A DNA stretch of 64,000 bases from NCBI GenBank assembly GCA_965246885.1, contig OZ251992.1, positions 1,408,001 through 1,472,000 of the forward strand. The letters are read 5' to 3'. Positions within the stretch are counted from its first letter, which is position 1, and each line of letters opens with the position of its first letter. The position numbers and the translations under genes were made by a program. The notes beneath the pieces were generated by a model, which saw nothing but the letters and a program-made list of their open reading frames with translations, was not told the origin of the DNA and made no database searches. This DNA is from Abditibacterium sp. Lineage in GTDB: Bacteria; Armatimonadota; Abditibacteriia; Abditibacteriales; Abditibacteriaceae. Positions 18,418-31,502 of the stretch are shown here, one piece after another.

Positions 18418-19812
18418 ATGAATTACTTCGACCTGACTCCGCGCCAGATAGTCGCCGAGTTGGACAAGCACATCGTCGGGCAAAACGCGGCCAAGCGCGC
18501 TGTCGCGGTCGCGCTGCGCAATCGCTGGCGGCGCGAGCAACTCGCGCCAGAACAGCGCGCCGCCATCTCGCCCAAGAATATCCTGATGATCGGGCCGACT
18601 GGCGTCGGCAAGACCGAAATCGCCCGCCGTTTGGCGCAAGTCGCGGGCGCGCCGCTTCTCAAAATCGAGGCGACCAAGTTCACCGAAGTCGGCTACGTCG
18701 GGCGCGACGTGGACGCCATCGCCCGCGATTTGGTCGAGGTCGCCATCCGCATGGTCGAGCGCGAAAAGCTGGACGACCTGCGGCCCCGCGCCGCCGCTCA
18801 CGCCCGCGAACGGCTCCTCGAACTGCTCGCGCCCATGCCGCAATCGAGCACGCCCAACCCCTTCGCTCCCGGCTTCCCCAACCTGTTCGGCCAAAATGCG
18901 CCGACGGAAACCGACCGCTCCGCGCGCGACACTTCGACCCGCCTACGCGAACGCATGGCCACGAAGTTGGACGCGGGCGAATTAGAAAACGCCGAAGTCG
19001 AAATCGAAACCGAAGAAAAGCGCGCGTCCAACGGCTTCCTGTTCGGGCCGGGATTCGAGGAAATCAGCGTCGAAATGCAGCAGGCGCTCGGCCCGATGAT
19101 GGGCGGCGCGCGCAAAAAGCGGCGCCTCAAGGTTTCCGACGCCCGCGCTCTTTTGGAAGCGCAAGAAGGCGACAAGCTGCTCGACCGCGACGCCATCGCA
19201 AGCGAGGCCATCGAGCGCGCCCAGAATCGCGGCATCGTCTTCTTGGACGAGATAGACAAAATCGCCGGACGCTCCGAAGGCGGCAGTCCCAACGTGTCGC
19301 GCGAGGGCGTGCAACGCGACCTGTTGCCCCTCGTCGAGGGCGCGACCGTCAACACCAAACACGGCCCCGTCAAAACCGACGGCGTGCTGTTCATCGCGGC
19401 GGGCGCGTTCTCCCTCTCGAAGCCGAGCGACCTCATCCCCGAACTGCAAGGCCGCTTCCCCGTCCGCGTCGAATTGGAAGCGCTGAACGAAAACGACCTC
19501 AAGCGCATCCTGACGGAACCCCAAGACTCGCTCCTGCGCCAATACGTCGCGCTGCTTTCCGCCGATGGCGTCGAGTTGCAATGGACGCCCGACGCGACCG
19601 ACGAAATCGCCCGCCTCGCTGCCCAGGTCAACGCCGACGGCGAAAACATCGGCGCCCGCCGCCTCCATACCCTTTTGGAACAAGTCTTGGGCGACCTCGC
19701 CTTTGAAGCCCCCGAAAACGCGCGCGGCCTCGTCCAAATAGACGCCCTCGCCGTCCGCGCCCGCCTTTCGCACTTAGTGTCGGACGACGATTTGAGCCGC
19801 TTGATGTTGTAA
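18418..19812 (+). CDS. hslU: ATP-dependent protease ATPase subunit HslU/ClpY
   Basis: LTPRQIV.ELDKHIVGQ, PKNILMIGPTGVGKTEIARRLA, EATKFTEVGYVGRDV, VSREGVQRDLLP, ENIGARRLHT. Confidence 0.97.
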   Translation: MNYFDLTPRQIVAELDKHIVGQNAAKRAVAVALRNRWRREQLAPEQRAAISPKNILMIGPTGVGKTEIARRLAQVAGAPLLKIEATKFTEVGYVGRDVDAIARDLVEVAIRMVEREKLDDLRPRAAAHARERLLELLAPMPQSSTPNPFAPGFPNLFGQNAPTETDRSARDTSTRLRERMATKLDAGELENAEVEIETEEKRASNGFLFGPGFEEISVEMQQALGPMMGGARKKRRLKVSDARALLEAQEGDKLLDRDAIASEAIERAQNRGIVFLDEIDKIAGRSEGGSPNVSREGVQRDLLPLVEGATVNTKHGPVKTDGVLFIAAGAFSLSKPSDLIPELQGRFPVRVELEALNENDLKRILTEPQDSLLRQYVALLSADGVELQWTPDATDEIARLAAQVNADGENIGARRLHTLLEQVLGDLAFEAPENARGLVQIDALAVRARLSHLVSDDDLSRLML

Positions 19813-19824
19813 GGGGCGGGCGAA

Positions 19825-20550
19825 TCAGCCGCGCCCCAACGCCGCACAGAAATCGCACCACGCTTCGAGTTCGCGGGCGTCGTCACCCATGTCGTCCACT
19901 TGCACCGAAAGCGAATTGGGCCGCGCATCAATGCGCACCGACACTTTGGCGCGGCGAGTACGGGGAAGTGTTTCTACCCATGCCAAGAATCGATATTGGG
20001 TTTCTTCCGGGAGCAGGGCGTTGACTTGCGTGGGAGAAGAAACGGCGACGATCATCGCCCACTCATCCAATTCAGGGAATCCAAAGCTGACGACGCTCAT
20101 ATTCTGCACGGCTTGACGCATCGACTTGGCGAGTTCCCTCATGCCCAATACTCTGAAAATAGTCGCCACTTCTCTCCCCAGTCGACCATTGGCGGATTCA
20201 ACAGTGTCTTTGAGGTTGCTCTTCTGGGCCAAGAGGAGGCTTGCGGTTAACTCAAGGTGGGCAAGCAGTCGCCATTGGTATTGGGTTTTGTAGATTACCT
20301 CCGGTTGCCCCCGCCCGTCGGATTTGACCAATTCTCTAACTTTAAGTTCCCACCCGCGCGTTGCCGCCAGCTCGCGGGCGAGTATTGCCTTTTCTTCGGG
20401 GGCATGGCGCGAGATGAAACCGCTCGCTTTGACCCAAGCATTGATTGCCGCGTGTTCGCGGGCGCCCGCCGCCTCTTTTTCGGAGAGATGGGGCGGATTG
20501 CGACCGTAGGGAACGCCCAAAGCACGCATTAGGGTAGGAAGAAAGGACAT
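19825..20550 (-). CDS. Hypothetical protein
   Basis: 241-aa ORF filling the gap between hslU and lacZ; visibly more AT-rich; no recognised motif. Confidence 0.55.
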   Translation of the reverse strand: MSFLPTLMRALGVPYGRNPPHLSEKEAAGAREHAAINAWVKASGFISRHAPEEKAILARELAATRGWELKVRELVKSDGRGQPEVIYKTQYQWRLLAHLELTASLLLAQKSNLKDTVESANGRLGREVATIFRVLGMRELAKSMRQAVQNMSVVSFGFPELDEWAMIVAVSSPTQVNALLPEETQYRFLAWVETLPRTRRAKVSVRIDARPNSLSVQVDDMGDDARELEAWCDFCAALGRG

Positions 20551-20571
20551 GGTGGGATGTGCGGGAGTGCC

Positions 20572-23694
<3,123 letters not shown>

Positions 23695-23705
23695 TTAAGG
23701 GAACA

Positions 23706-24137
23706 ATGCAAACCTCCATTGAAGAACGCGCCGACGAATTAGCCGAAGAGTTCGGCTTCTTCGATGACCGCGCCGACCAGATCGAGTATTTGATAGACCT
23801 CGGAAAGCGCTTGCCGCCGCTCCCCGAAGCGCAAAAGGTGGAGGGGAACTTGGTTCACGGCTGCGCTTCGCAGGTGTGGGTGACGGCTTTTGTCGAGGCG
23901 GACGGGGGACAGCCCCTTGTGCGGTTCCAAGCGGACTCCAACTCGAAACTCACGCGCGGCATCATCGGCCTATTGCACCGCCTATACGATGGTCAGCCCC
24001 CCGCCGCCATTCTCGCTTACGACATCGAGCCGCTCATGGAGCGCCTTCATCTCGACCAGTGGGTTACGGCAGGCAGGCGCAACGGCTTGGCGGGAATGGT
24101 CGTCCGTATCAAGACCTTGGCCGCGCAAAACGCCTGA
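23706..24137 (+). CDS. sufE: SufE family Fe-S sulfur acceptor
   Basis: YLIDLGKRLP...VHGCASQVW...ADSNS..TRG...RRNGL. Confidence 0.93.
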   Translation: MQTSIEERADELAEEFGFFDDRADQIEYLIDLGKRLPPLPEAQKVEGNLVHGCASQVWVTAFVEADGGQPLVRFQADSNSKLTRGIIGLLHRLYDGQPPAAILAYDIEPLMERLHLDQWVTAGRRNGLAGMVVRIKTLAAQNA

Positions 24138-24146
24138 GCAACCACT

Positions 24147-24566
24147 ATGAGCAACTTCATTCCCGCCGAAAGCCTTTTGCAATCGGCCCTGCAAAGCGAC
24201 GACGAACACCCGATGGACGAGCCGACCTTCGCGCCTTCTAACAAGGGCTTGGGGCCAAAAGAAACAGTCCTGTTCGAGCGCGTCAAGGATGCCCTGCGCG
24301 ACATCTACGATCCCGAAATCCCCGTCAACATCTACGAGTTAGGCCTCATCTACGACATCGCCGTCAACCATCTGGGCGAGGTTTATATCCGTATGACGCT
24401 CACCAGCCCCGCGTGCCCCGTCGCCGGAACGCTCCCCGGCGAAATCGAAGCGCGCGTCATGGCCATCCCGGAAGTGACCGAGTGCACCGCCGAAGTCGTG
24501 TGGGAGCCGACGTATTCGATGAACATGATGAGCGAATCCGCGCGGCTGCAACTGGGCCTGCTGTAA
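24147..24566 (+). CDS. sufT: DUF59/SufT Fe-S cluster assembly protein
   Basis: IYDPEIPVNIYELGLIY, MTLTSPACPVAG, VVWEP, MSESARLQLG. Confidence 0.9.
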   Translation: MSNFIPAESLLQSALQSDDEHPMDEPTFAPSNKGLGPKETVLFERVKDALRDIYDPEIPVNIYELGLIYDIAVNHLGEVYIRMTLTSPACPVAGTLPGEIEARVMAIPEVTECTAEVVWEPTYSMNMMSESARLQLGLL

Positions 24567-24569
24567 CAG

Positions 24570-25544
24570 TCAACCGCCAATCGAAACCATATCTTTGGCC
24601 GAGTGAAGCGGGATAACGTCGTTCATGCGGTGCCCCGCCCATTTGAGGCCCGCCGCTTCGTGGAAGGCGGCAGTTAACTCCGCGTCGCTCGCCCCGCCGC
24701 GCAACAAGCGGCGCACGTCCACTTCGGCGTCTTGGTGCAAGCAGGGGCGTAGGCCGCCTTGGGCGGTCAGTCTCATGCGGTTGCACGTCGCGCAAAAGTG
24801 GTCGCTCATCGAGGAGATGAAGCCGACGCGCGCGCCGCTTCTTTGGCAGCGCCACATTTTCGCGGGGTCGTTGCCGGCATTGTCTTCGGGCGCGAGGTCA
24901 AAGCGTTCGCGCAACCGGGCCAACATTTCGCGCCAAGGGACGGTCAGGTTGCTGCCTCGCCCCGTTTCGCCCATTGGCATCCACTCGATGAAGCGCATCG
25001 GCGCGCCGTTGTCGTGCGCGAAAGCGAGCAGGTCGCCCAGTTCGTCGTCGTTCCAGCCGCGCATCACGACGGCGTTGAACTTGAGGCTCAGCCCAACGGC
25101 GCGCGCCGCTTCGATGCCCCTTTGCACCCGGCTCCATTCGTCGCGCCGCGCGATGCGCGCCGCCTTGTCGCGGTCGAGCGTGTCGAGCGACACATTCAGC
25201 CGCGCCATCCCCGCCTCTTTGAGCGGCGCCGCTAACTCATCCAGCAACACCGCGTTCGTCGTCATGGCAATCTCCTCAATGCCGGGAACGGCGGCGAGCA
25301 TCCCCACCAAGCGCGGCAAGTCGCGCCGAACCGTCGGCTCGCCGCCCGTTAACCGAATCTTTCGCAAGCCTAAATGCGCTCCCACTTCGACCACGCGCGC
25401 AATCTCCTCGAACGACAACAACTCGTCGCGCGGCGCAATCGCAACGCCCTCGGCGGGCATGCAGTACACGCAGCGAAAGTTGCACCGGTCAGTCACGGAC
25501 ACGCGCAGGTAAGAAATGAGGCGGGCGAAGCGGTCTTGGAGCAT
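24570..25544 (-). CDS. moaA: GTP 3',8-cyclase (molybdenum cofactor biosynthesis)
   Basis: YLRVSVTDRCNFRCVYCMP, RLTGGEP, RFIEWMP, FCATCNRMRLT..G.LRPCL, terminal IGG; start at ATG 25544. Confidence 0.96.
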   Translation of the reverse strand: MLQDRFARLISYLRVSVTDRCNFRCVYCMPAEGVAIAPRDELLSFEEIARVVEVGAHLGLRKIRLTGGEPTVRRDLPRLVGMLAAVPGIEEIAMTTNAVLLDELAAPLKEAGMARLNVSLDTLDRDKAARIARRDEWSRVQRGIEAARAVGLSLKFNAVVMRGWNDDELGDLLAFAHDNGAPMRFIEWMPMGETGRGSNLTVPWREMLARLRERFDLAPEDNAGNDPAKMWRCQRSGARVGFISSMSDHFCATCNRMRLTAQGGLRPCLHQDAEVDVRRLLRGGASDAELTAAFHEAAGLKWAGHRMNDVIPLHSAKDMVSIGG

Positions 25545-25602
25545 GGAGGTTCTATTTTCGTAGGATGAAGTATGAGGTGCTTGGAGTTGCCAAACTCCAC
25601 TC

Positions 25603-27690
25603 ATGGCCTTCGATCCCGTCACCGAAGAAATCAAGAAGCGCGCCGATTTGGTGGACATCGTCGGGCAATACGTCCAACTGCGCGCGGCGGGGAACGACCG
25701 GTGGAAGGCGTGCTGCCCGTTCCACGACGAAAAGACGCCCTCGTTTTATGTGTCGCGGGACAAAGGCTTCTATAAATGTTTCGGCTGTTCCAAGTCGGGC
25801 GACGTGTTCCGCTTCCTGATGGAGATGGAGAACCTGACCTTTCCCGAAGCGCGCAAGTCGCTCGCGTCGCGCTTTGGCATCGCGGTTCCCGAAAGGCGCG
25901 ATATAACGCCGGAACAGCGCGCGGAGGATTCGGCGCGTGAGCGGTTGCACAAGATCGCGGCGAGCGCCGCGAAGTTCTTTAGTGCGCAGTTCGCTGGCAA
26001 CGGCGGGTTGGTCGCGCGCGACTATGCGCGCAAGCGGGGGCTTTCCAAGGAGACGGTCGAGAAGTTCTCGCTCGGTTACGCGCCCGATGCGTGGGAAGGG
26101 TTGCGCTCTCACCTGACCCGGCGCGAGGGGTTCTCGGACGACGAGGGCATCGCGGCGGGCTTGTTCATCGAGCGCAAATCCGTCGAGGGCGAACTGGGCG
26201 GCATGTTCGCCGACGGCGCGACGCGGCGCGTGTGGGACAGATACCGCCACCGCTTAATGTTTCCCATCTGGGACGAATCGGGCCGGGTCATCGCTTTTGG
26301 CGGGCGCGCGCTCGAAGGCGGGCAAAGCGGCAACGCCGACGCCAAATACATCAACTCGCCCGAAACGCCGCTCTTTCACAAGTCCAACGTCCTGTTCGCG
26401 TGGCATTTGGCGCGCGGCGAGGTTGGCAAGCGCGGCGGCATCCTCATCTGCGAAGGTTACATGGACGCCATCGCCTTGCACGAGGGCGGCTTTCCCAACA
26501 CCGTCGCCACGCTGGGAACGGCGCTCACGGCGCACCATGTCCAAAGCCTCAAGCGCATCGCGCCCGCCGCCGTGTGGCTGTGCTTTGACGGCGACTCGGC
26601 TGGTATGAAGGCGGCGCTGCGCACGGCGCCCTTGTTCGCCGACGCGGGCCTCAATGTGCGCGTTGTGCGCTTTCCCGAAGGGCATGACCCCGACACCTTT
26701 ATCCGCGCGGTTGGCGTCGAGGGGATGCAGGAAGAGTTGGACGGCGCCATCCCGCTCGCCAAGTATCGCTTGGAAGCCGTCGTCGGGGCGCGACCCTTGG
26801 ACGACCCGCACGAACGCTCCCTCGCCCTGCGCGAGGCCGCCGAAATCGTCAACGACATTGCCGACAAAATCGAGCGCGACGGCTACGTGGACTTTCTCGT
26901 GGACACGCTCTTGGGTTTGGAGCGCGGCGTGTCGTATGGCGAGCGCGAAAAGCGGCGCGTGCGCATCGAGGGCTTGGTGCGCTCGGAACTCGAAGCCGAC
27001 GCCACCCGCCAAGGTCGCCAAGACCGCGTGCGCGCCGCGCGTGCCTCGCAAGGCCAGCCGTCCGCGCCCGTTGGCTCCTTGCAAAGTGTCGCGGACGCGG
27101 CTCAGATAGGAACGCAAGCCGTGCCCACGCCCATCGGCGACGTGCGCCCGCGCTGGGTGTCGCCGCGCCAGCAAGCCAAAATCGAAGAGCAGGAGAAGAG
27201 CGCGCTGGATTTGCGCGAATCCGCTGCGCGCACCATGACGACGGGCGCGTCCCTCGGCGTCGCCAAAGCGGAGCGCGCACTCCTCGCCGTGCTACTGACG
27301 CAACCCGCGTGGCGCCATTCGGTCTTGGAGCGCCTCCCGCTCGCCAAGTGGACAAGCGAACTGCACGCCGAGGTTGTCGTGGCCGCGCGCGATTGGCAAG
27401 GCGACGACATAGACCCGGCCCGCTTTACGGACAACTTGTCGCCCGAAGCGCAAAACCTCGTCGCCGAGCTTTTCTTAGGGGATGACGCGGCCCAAGCCCC
27501 CGAAGCGCGCGTCGTGACCGGCTGGGTGGCGCGCGTGGAGTTGCACCACGCCCAACTCGCCGAGCACGAAATGATGGAAGTCGTCAAAGAGAAAATCGCG
27601 CGCGGCGAAGCCGTTTCCGAAGAAGAGAAAGCGCGCTTCAACGCCTCGCTCGCGGCCACCAAACGGAAGATGCCCGTCGAGAAGAAGTGA
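25603..27690 (+). CDS. dnaG: DNA primase
   Basis: CHC2 zinc finger CPFHDEKTPSF...CFGC; FGGR, KYINSPETPLFHK, EGYMD, TLGTALT, FDGDSAG, DPD TOPRIM motifs. Confidence 0.97.
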   Translation: MAFDPVTEEIKKRADLVDIVGQYVQLRAAGNDRWKACCPFHDEKTPSFYVSRDKGFYKCFGCSKSGDVFRFLMEMENLTFPEARKSLASRFGIAVPERRDITPEQRAEDSARERLHKIAASAAKFFSAQFAGNGGLVARDYARKRGLSKETVEKFSLGYAPDAWEGLRSHLTRREGFSDDEGIAAGLFIERKSVEGELGGMFADGATRRVWDRYRHRLMFPIWDESGRVIAFGGRALEGGQSGNADAKYINSPETPLFHKSNVLFAWHLARGEVGKRGGILICEGYMDAIALHEGGFPNTVATLGTALTAHHVQSLKRIAPAAVWLCFDGDSAGMKAALRTAPLFADAGLNVRVVRFPEGHDPDTFIRAVGVEGMQEELDGAIPLAKYRLEAVVGARPLDDPHERSLALREAAEIVNDIADKIERDGYVDFLVDTLLGLERGVSYGEREKRRVRIEGLVRSELEADATRQGRQDRVRAARASQGQPSAPVGSLQSVADAAQIGTQAVPTPIGDVRPRWVSPRQQAKIEEQEKSALDLRESAARTMTTGASLGVAKAERALLAVLLTQPAWRHSVLERLPLAKWTSELHAEVVVAARDWQGDDIDPARFTDNLSPEAQNLVAELFLGDDAAQAPEARVVTGWVARVELHHAQLAEHEMMEVVKEKIARGEAVSEEEKARFNASLAATKRKMPVEKK

Positions 27691-27695
27691 CTGCG

Positions 27696-27817
27696 GCGCG
27701 TCCTGCCGGACGCTTGGCAAAGCCGGATGCCGGTGATTTTATATCACCGGTGGTGCTCCTAATCGGGGGTATGAAACCCCCGGCATCCGGCTTTGCCAAG
27801 CGTCCGGCAGGACGCGC
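27696..27817. repeat. Branched palindrome (family B): 38-bp perfect arms enclosing two small hairpins
   Basis: GCGCGTCCTGCCGGACGCTTGGCAAAGCCGGATGCCGG and its exact reverse complement; inner CCGGTGAT..ATCACCGG and CGGGGGT..ACCCCCG. Confidence 0.88.
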
Positions 27818-27875
27818 GCTCATCGGTTAACCTTTTTTGCCCCGTTTGCGCGCGGGGGCGCTCTAAACATCGCTT

Positions 27876-29165
27876 ATGTCATCGCTGCCCACATCGCAAT
27901 CCGCGTCGTTTCCGGTTCCCGCCGAGGTTTCCGCGAGTCAATCGGAGCGCGCTAAGGCCCTGTCGCTCGCGCTCCTCGAACGTTTGACGCCGCTCGCGGG
28001 TGGGGATGTCGGCGTGCGGTTGTGGGATGGGACGGCGTTTCCCGACGCTTCGCCGCGCGCAGCCACTATCGTGCTGAAGCATCCCGGCGCGCTTCGGGCG
28101 ATGTTCGCGTCGCAGGATGCGCTCTCGCTCGCGGAAACGTATCTGCTCGATGTGTGCGATGTCGAGGGCGATTGGAACGCGATGTTCGACCTCGGCGAGG
28201 AGATGAGCCGCTTCATGGCGCGGCAATCGGTGCGGCAAAAATTGGCGCTGGGCAGCTTCTTGTTGCGCTTGCCCACGCCGCATCCGCCGCGTCCCAAAGG
28301 TTGGCGCGAACGGGCGCGCTTGCGCGGCAAGCGCGGCTCCATCGAGCGCGCCAAGGAAGCCGTCGCCTACCATTACAACGTGCCGACCGAGTTCTACGCC
28401 GCCTTCTTAGACCGCAACATGGCGTATTCGTGCGCGCTTTGGGAAGGCAACGAGGAGTTGGCCAGCGCGCAACTGCGCAAGTTCGACTTGATTTGCCGCG
28501 CGCTCGAACTGCGCCCCGGCCAGAAGCTGCTCGATGTCGGTTGCGGTTGGGGCGGTTTCCTCCTTTACGCCGCGCAAAACTACGGCGTCGAAGTGACGGG
28601 CATCACGCTCTCCGAGTCGCAAGCCGAGGAAGCGAACCGCCGCATCGCCGACGCGGGCTTGTCCAGCACTTGCCGCGTGCTACTCCAAGATTACCGCGAG
28701 GTGGACGGCGCCGCCTCGTTCGACGCCATCGCGTCCATAGAAATGTTCGAGCACGTCGGGCGCGAACTGCTCACCACCTACTTCTCGCAAGCCCGCCGCC
28801 TGCTCAAACCCGGCGGCCTGTTCTTCAACCAAGGCACCACCGTCGAAACCGACGACGACCGCAAGCGCTACCCCAGCTTCATCAAGCAATACGTCTTCCC
28901 CGACGGCGAAATCGTCCCCATCCACGTTTCCATCCGCGCGAGCGAGGAGTCGGGCTTCGAGGTCTTGAACGTCCACTCCATCCGCCCGCACTACGAGCGC
29001 ACCTGCGCCCAGTGGGTCGCCAACTTGGAAACCATGCCGCCCGCCCTCCGCGAGAAATACGGCGAACCCATCTGGCGCATCTGGCACCTTTACATGGCCG
29101 TGTCGGGTCACGGCTTCCGTATTGGCCGCCTGAACTGCTACCAGACGTTGATGCGGAAGAACTGA
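27876..29165 (+). CDS. cfa: Cyclopropane-fatty-acyl-phospholipid synthase family methyltransferase
   Basis: HYN...FY..FLD.NMAYSCA, LLDVGCGWGG, GITLSESQ, SIEMFEHVG, FIKQYVFPDG, RIWHLYM. Confidence 0.92.
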   Translation: MSSLPTSQSASFPVPAEVSASQSERAKALSLALLERLTPLAGGDVGVRLWDGTAFPDASPRAATIVLKHPGALRAMFASQDALSLAETYLLDVCDVEGDWNAMFDLGEEMSRFMARQSVRQKLALGSFLLRLPTPHPPRPKGWRERARLRGKRGSIERAKEAVAYHYNVPTEFYAAFLDRNMAYSCALWEGNEELASAQLRKFDLICRALELRPGQKLLDVGCGWGGFLLYAAQNYGVEVTGITLSESQAEEANRRIADAGLSSTCRVLLQDYREVDGAASFDAIASIEMFEHVGRELLTTYFSQARRLLKPGGLFFNQGTTVETDDDRKRYPSFIKQYVFPDGEIVPIHVSIRASEESGFEVLNVHSIRPHYERTCAQWVANLETMPPALREKYGEPIWRIWHLYMAVSGHGFRIGRLNCYQTLMRKN

Positions 29166-29213
29166 GGCGCTGGCACTGGTTAGAGATGGGCACGGATGGG
29201 GTATTACTCAGGT

Positions 29214-29948
29214 ATGAAACCGCAACCTCTTGCCGATGACGCCGCCGATGCACTCCCTTCAAAAGAAACAATCCTCTGCTGGCAGTGCGGCGAGTCCAAC
29301 CCGAAAGAAGCCGTCATGTGCTGGGCGTGCTACTCCTCCTTTTTTCCGGGAAAGGGAAAAGAGCGCCACGCGCTCGCTGTGCGAGTGCGAAAGTTGCGCG
29401 ACGGCTTTGGCATGGCTCTCCCTTTGGGCGGGCTTGCGCTGGCCATTGCGTCGGGCTACTCCGGTAAAAACTGGTGGCGGTTGCTGGGCTTGGCCGCGCT
29501 TTCGTTAGGAACCAGCTTTACACTGGCAAAGCGGCAGGAAAGGGTGGTGGCGCGCATGACTGAGGAAGAAGGGACGCCCATCGAAAGAATCGCCAACACC
29601 ATCTTACTTTACGCCGCGCGAGATAAGGCGTCGCAGATTCGTTTGACTGCCGGACTAAACATGAACGTCAAATTCCTTATTAGCGACGAGTGGCACGAGC
29701 AAATGAAGCTTCCAGATGTTTGTTGGCCGGGGTTACGCGAGCATTTCTTCGCCCAAAGCGGTGGAAGTGCCCCGGCTTCCCCACCGCAAAAGGGCTTTGT
29801 GGTGAGGCCGGACATACTGCCCAACCGGGCTGAGGGCAAGCATTCCCTCGTGTTCGAGAACGACGGGCGTCGCTTCGAGTTCTCGCTTCTCTTCGTGCGC
29901 GACAGCGAGTTGCCGATTCAAACCCTCACGTTGACGCTTCGCCCCTGA
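29214..29948 (+). CDS. Hypothetical membrane protein: zinc ribbon + 2 TM + PilB/GspE N2-like segment
   Basis: CWQCGESN......CWAC zinc ribbon; two hydrophobic helices; PIERIANTILLYAARDKASQIRL resembles the PilB PIVRLVN.I...A....ASDIH segment; no Walker A motif. Start uncertain. Confidence 0.6.
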   Translation: MKPQPLADDAADALPSKETILCWQCGESNPKEAVMCWACYSSFFPGKGKERHALAVRVRKLRDGFGMALPLGGLALAIASGYSGKNWWRLLGLAALSLGTSFTLAKRQERVVARMTEEEGTPIERIANTILLYAARDKASQIRLTAGLNMNVKFLISDEWHEQMKLPDVCWPGLREHFFAQSGGSAPASPPQKGFVVRPDILPNRAEGKHSLVFENDGRRFEFSLLFVRDSELPIQTLTLTLRP

Positions 29949-31388
29949 TTACCACCGGGGCCGCGCTTTTTTTTGCGGCGCGTCGGGCGCTTCGGTTGGG
30001 GCAGTAACGGGTGCATCCGGGATGGCGGCGGGCGGAGGCGGGGAAGCGCGGCGCGGCTCAAGGGAGGCTCTGGGCCGGGGTGGAATGACGGCAACTGGTT
30101 CCGCGACGGCGCTGACTGGTTCGGGGGCGTCTATCACGCCTTGCGGGGCGTCCGGCTCCGCGTCGAAGACCTCGGCGACGGCTACTGGAGCTTGCGCGGC
30201 GAGTTGGGCTTGGCGCCGTTCCTCGCGTTGCAACTCTTCGGCACGCGCGGCGGCGCGACTCGCTTCCTCTTCCATGCGCTGCGCTTCGTCGCGGGCGTCT
30301 TGCATTTGCTTGAGTTCGCGCAACATGTCCGCGTCGAAGCCCTGCGCCGAGCCGAAGCGGGCGCCGTAGCGGTTGGGGCGCGGTTCTTCGGCGGGCGTCT
30401 CGACCGCAACTGGCGCGGAGTAGGGGACGGGTTCCGGCGCGCGCGAGGGTTCGGGCCGCTCCAGATTGGCGATGGCGCGCGGATGGTCGGGCAGGCGCGC
30501 GAGCAGGTAAATGAGCGCCAAGATGAGCGGGATGAGGAAGAACGAGCCTTCGGCGCCGAACTTCCCGCCCGACAGGAACGCGCGGCCCGTGTCCTCGACG
30601 GCGAACAAGCGGAAGGTGCTGATGGCCGAGACGGGTTGCGAGAAGACGCACCCCAAACAGAAGTTCCACGCCGCGTGGAAGCCGATGGGGAACCACAGCG
30701 AGCCGGTCTTTTTGTAAGCGAGGGCGAAGAACACCGCGATAAGCGCGAGCGAGGGCAGGGCGCCGATGGCCGCCAGAAGCGCGTTCGTGTCGCCCCCGGC
30801 GTTGCCCAAGTGGATGAGCGCGAAGACGACCGCTTGCACCGCGACGGCGCCGCCCCAACCGAGCCAAATGCGCAAGTTGTGCAAGCCGTAGCCGCGAAAG
30901 GCAGTCTCTTCCATGAAACCCACGCACAAGAACGCGAGGAAAAAGCCGCCCAGCGCGACGAGCGAGTAGGGCCAGCCGTGCGTCGTCACGTCGCTCGATA
31001 GACCGTTGAACCGCAACGCGCCCGCGACCCACATGAGCGAGAACAGGACGCTCAGCGTGAGGAACGCCGTCAGCGCACCGCGTGCAAAGTTCGAGGCGGC
31101 CCGCGCCCGCGCGAAGCCGAGCGAGCGCCACGAATACCTATCCACCCGTGTGCGGAACAGATAGATGACCACCAGCGCGGGTGGGTAGGCGAGCAGCGTC
31201 AGGCCCAAGCCGAAGTCGTGCGTGAGGCGGTCTTTGAGTTGGTCGGGCGTCGCGGTGCCAAGATGCAGCCCCGGCGCAAGCGCGATGACGAGGCCAACGC
31301 CAACGCCCGCCGCGAGAAGCGTCACGAAGATAACGGCGGTCGCGCACAAAAACAAGCGCCAAAACGGGTGGAGTCTGGGGGCCGACAT
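29949..31388 (-). CDS. CPBP (CAAX/Abi) intramembrane glutamic endopeptidase with Pro/Ala-rich C-terminal tail
   Basis: EETAFRGY, FALIH, GSLWFPIGFHAAWNF, GGKFGAEGS. Confidence 0.9.
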   Translation of the reverse strand: MSAPRLHPFWRLFLCATAVIFVTLLAAGVGVGLVIALAPGLHLGTATPDQLKDRLTHDFGLGLTLLAYPPALVVIYLFRTRVDRYSWRSLGFARARAASNFARGALTAFLTLSVLFSLMWVAGALRFNGLSSDVTTHGWPYSLVALGGFFLAFLCVGFMEETAFRGYGLHNLRIWLGWGGAVAVQAVVFALIHLGNAGGDTNALLAAIGALPSLALIAVFFALAYKKTGSLWFPIGFHAAWNFCLGCVFSQPVSAISTFRLFAVEDTGRAFLSGGKFGAEGSFFLIPLILALIYLLARLPDHPRAIANLERPEPSRAPEPVPYSAPVAVETPAEEPRPNRYGARFGSAQGFDADMLRELKQMQDARDEAQRMEEEASRAAARAEELQREERRQAQLAAQAPVAVAEVFDAEPDAPQGVIDAPEPVSAVAEPVAVIPPRPRASLEPRRASPPPPAAIPDAPVTAPTEAPDAPQKKARPRW

Positions 31389-31422
31389 GAGCGCGACAGT
31401 TTAAGCGGGCGAGGACGGAGAA

Positions 31423-31489
31423 CCCGTAGGGGCACCCACAGGGGGTGCCCTCATCACTCCGCCAAGATTGGGTGGGCAGCCCCTACGGG
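31423..31489. repeat. GTAG-type REP-like inverted pair (family C)
   Basis: CCCGTAGGGGCACCCACAGGGGGTGCCC ... GGGCAGCCCCTACGGG: GTAG foot followed by a short palindrome. Confidence 0.7.
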
Positions 31490-31502
31490 AGTGGACTCTA
31501 CG

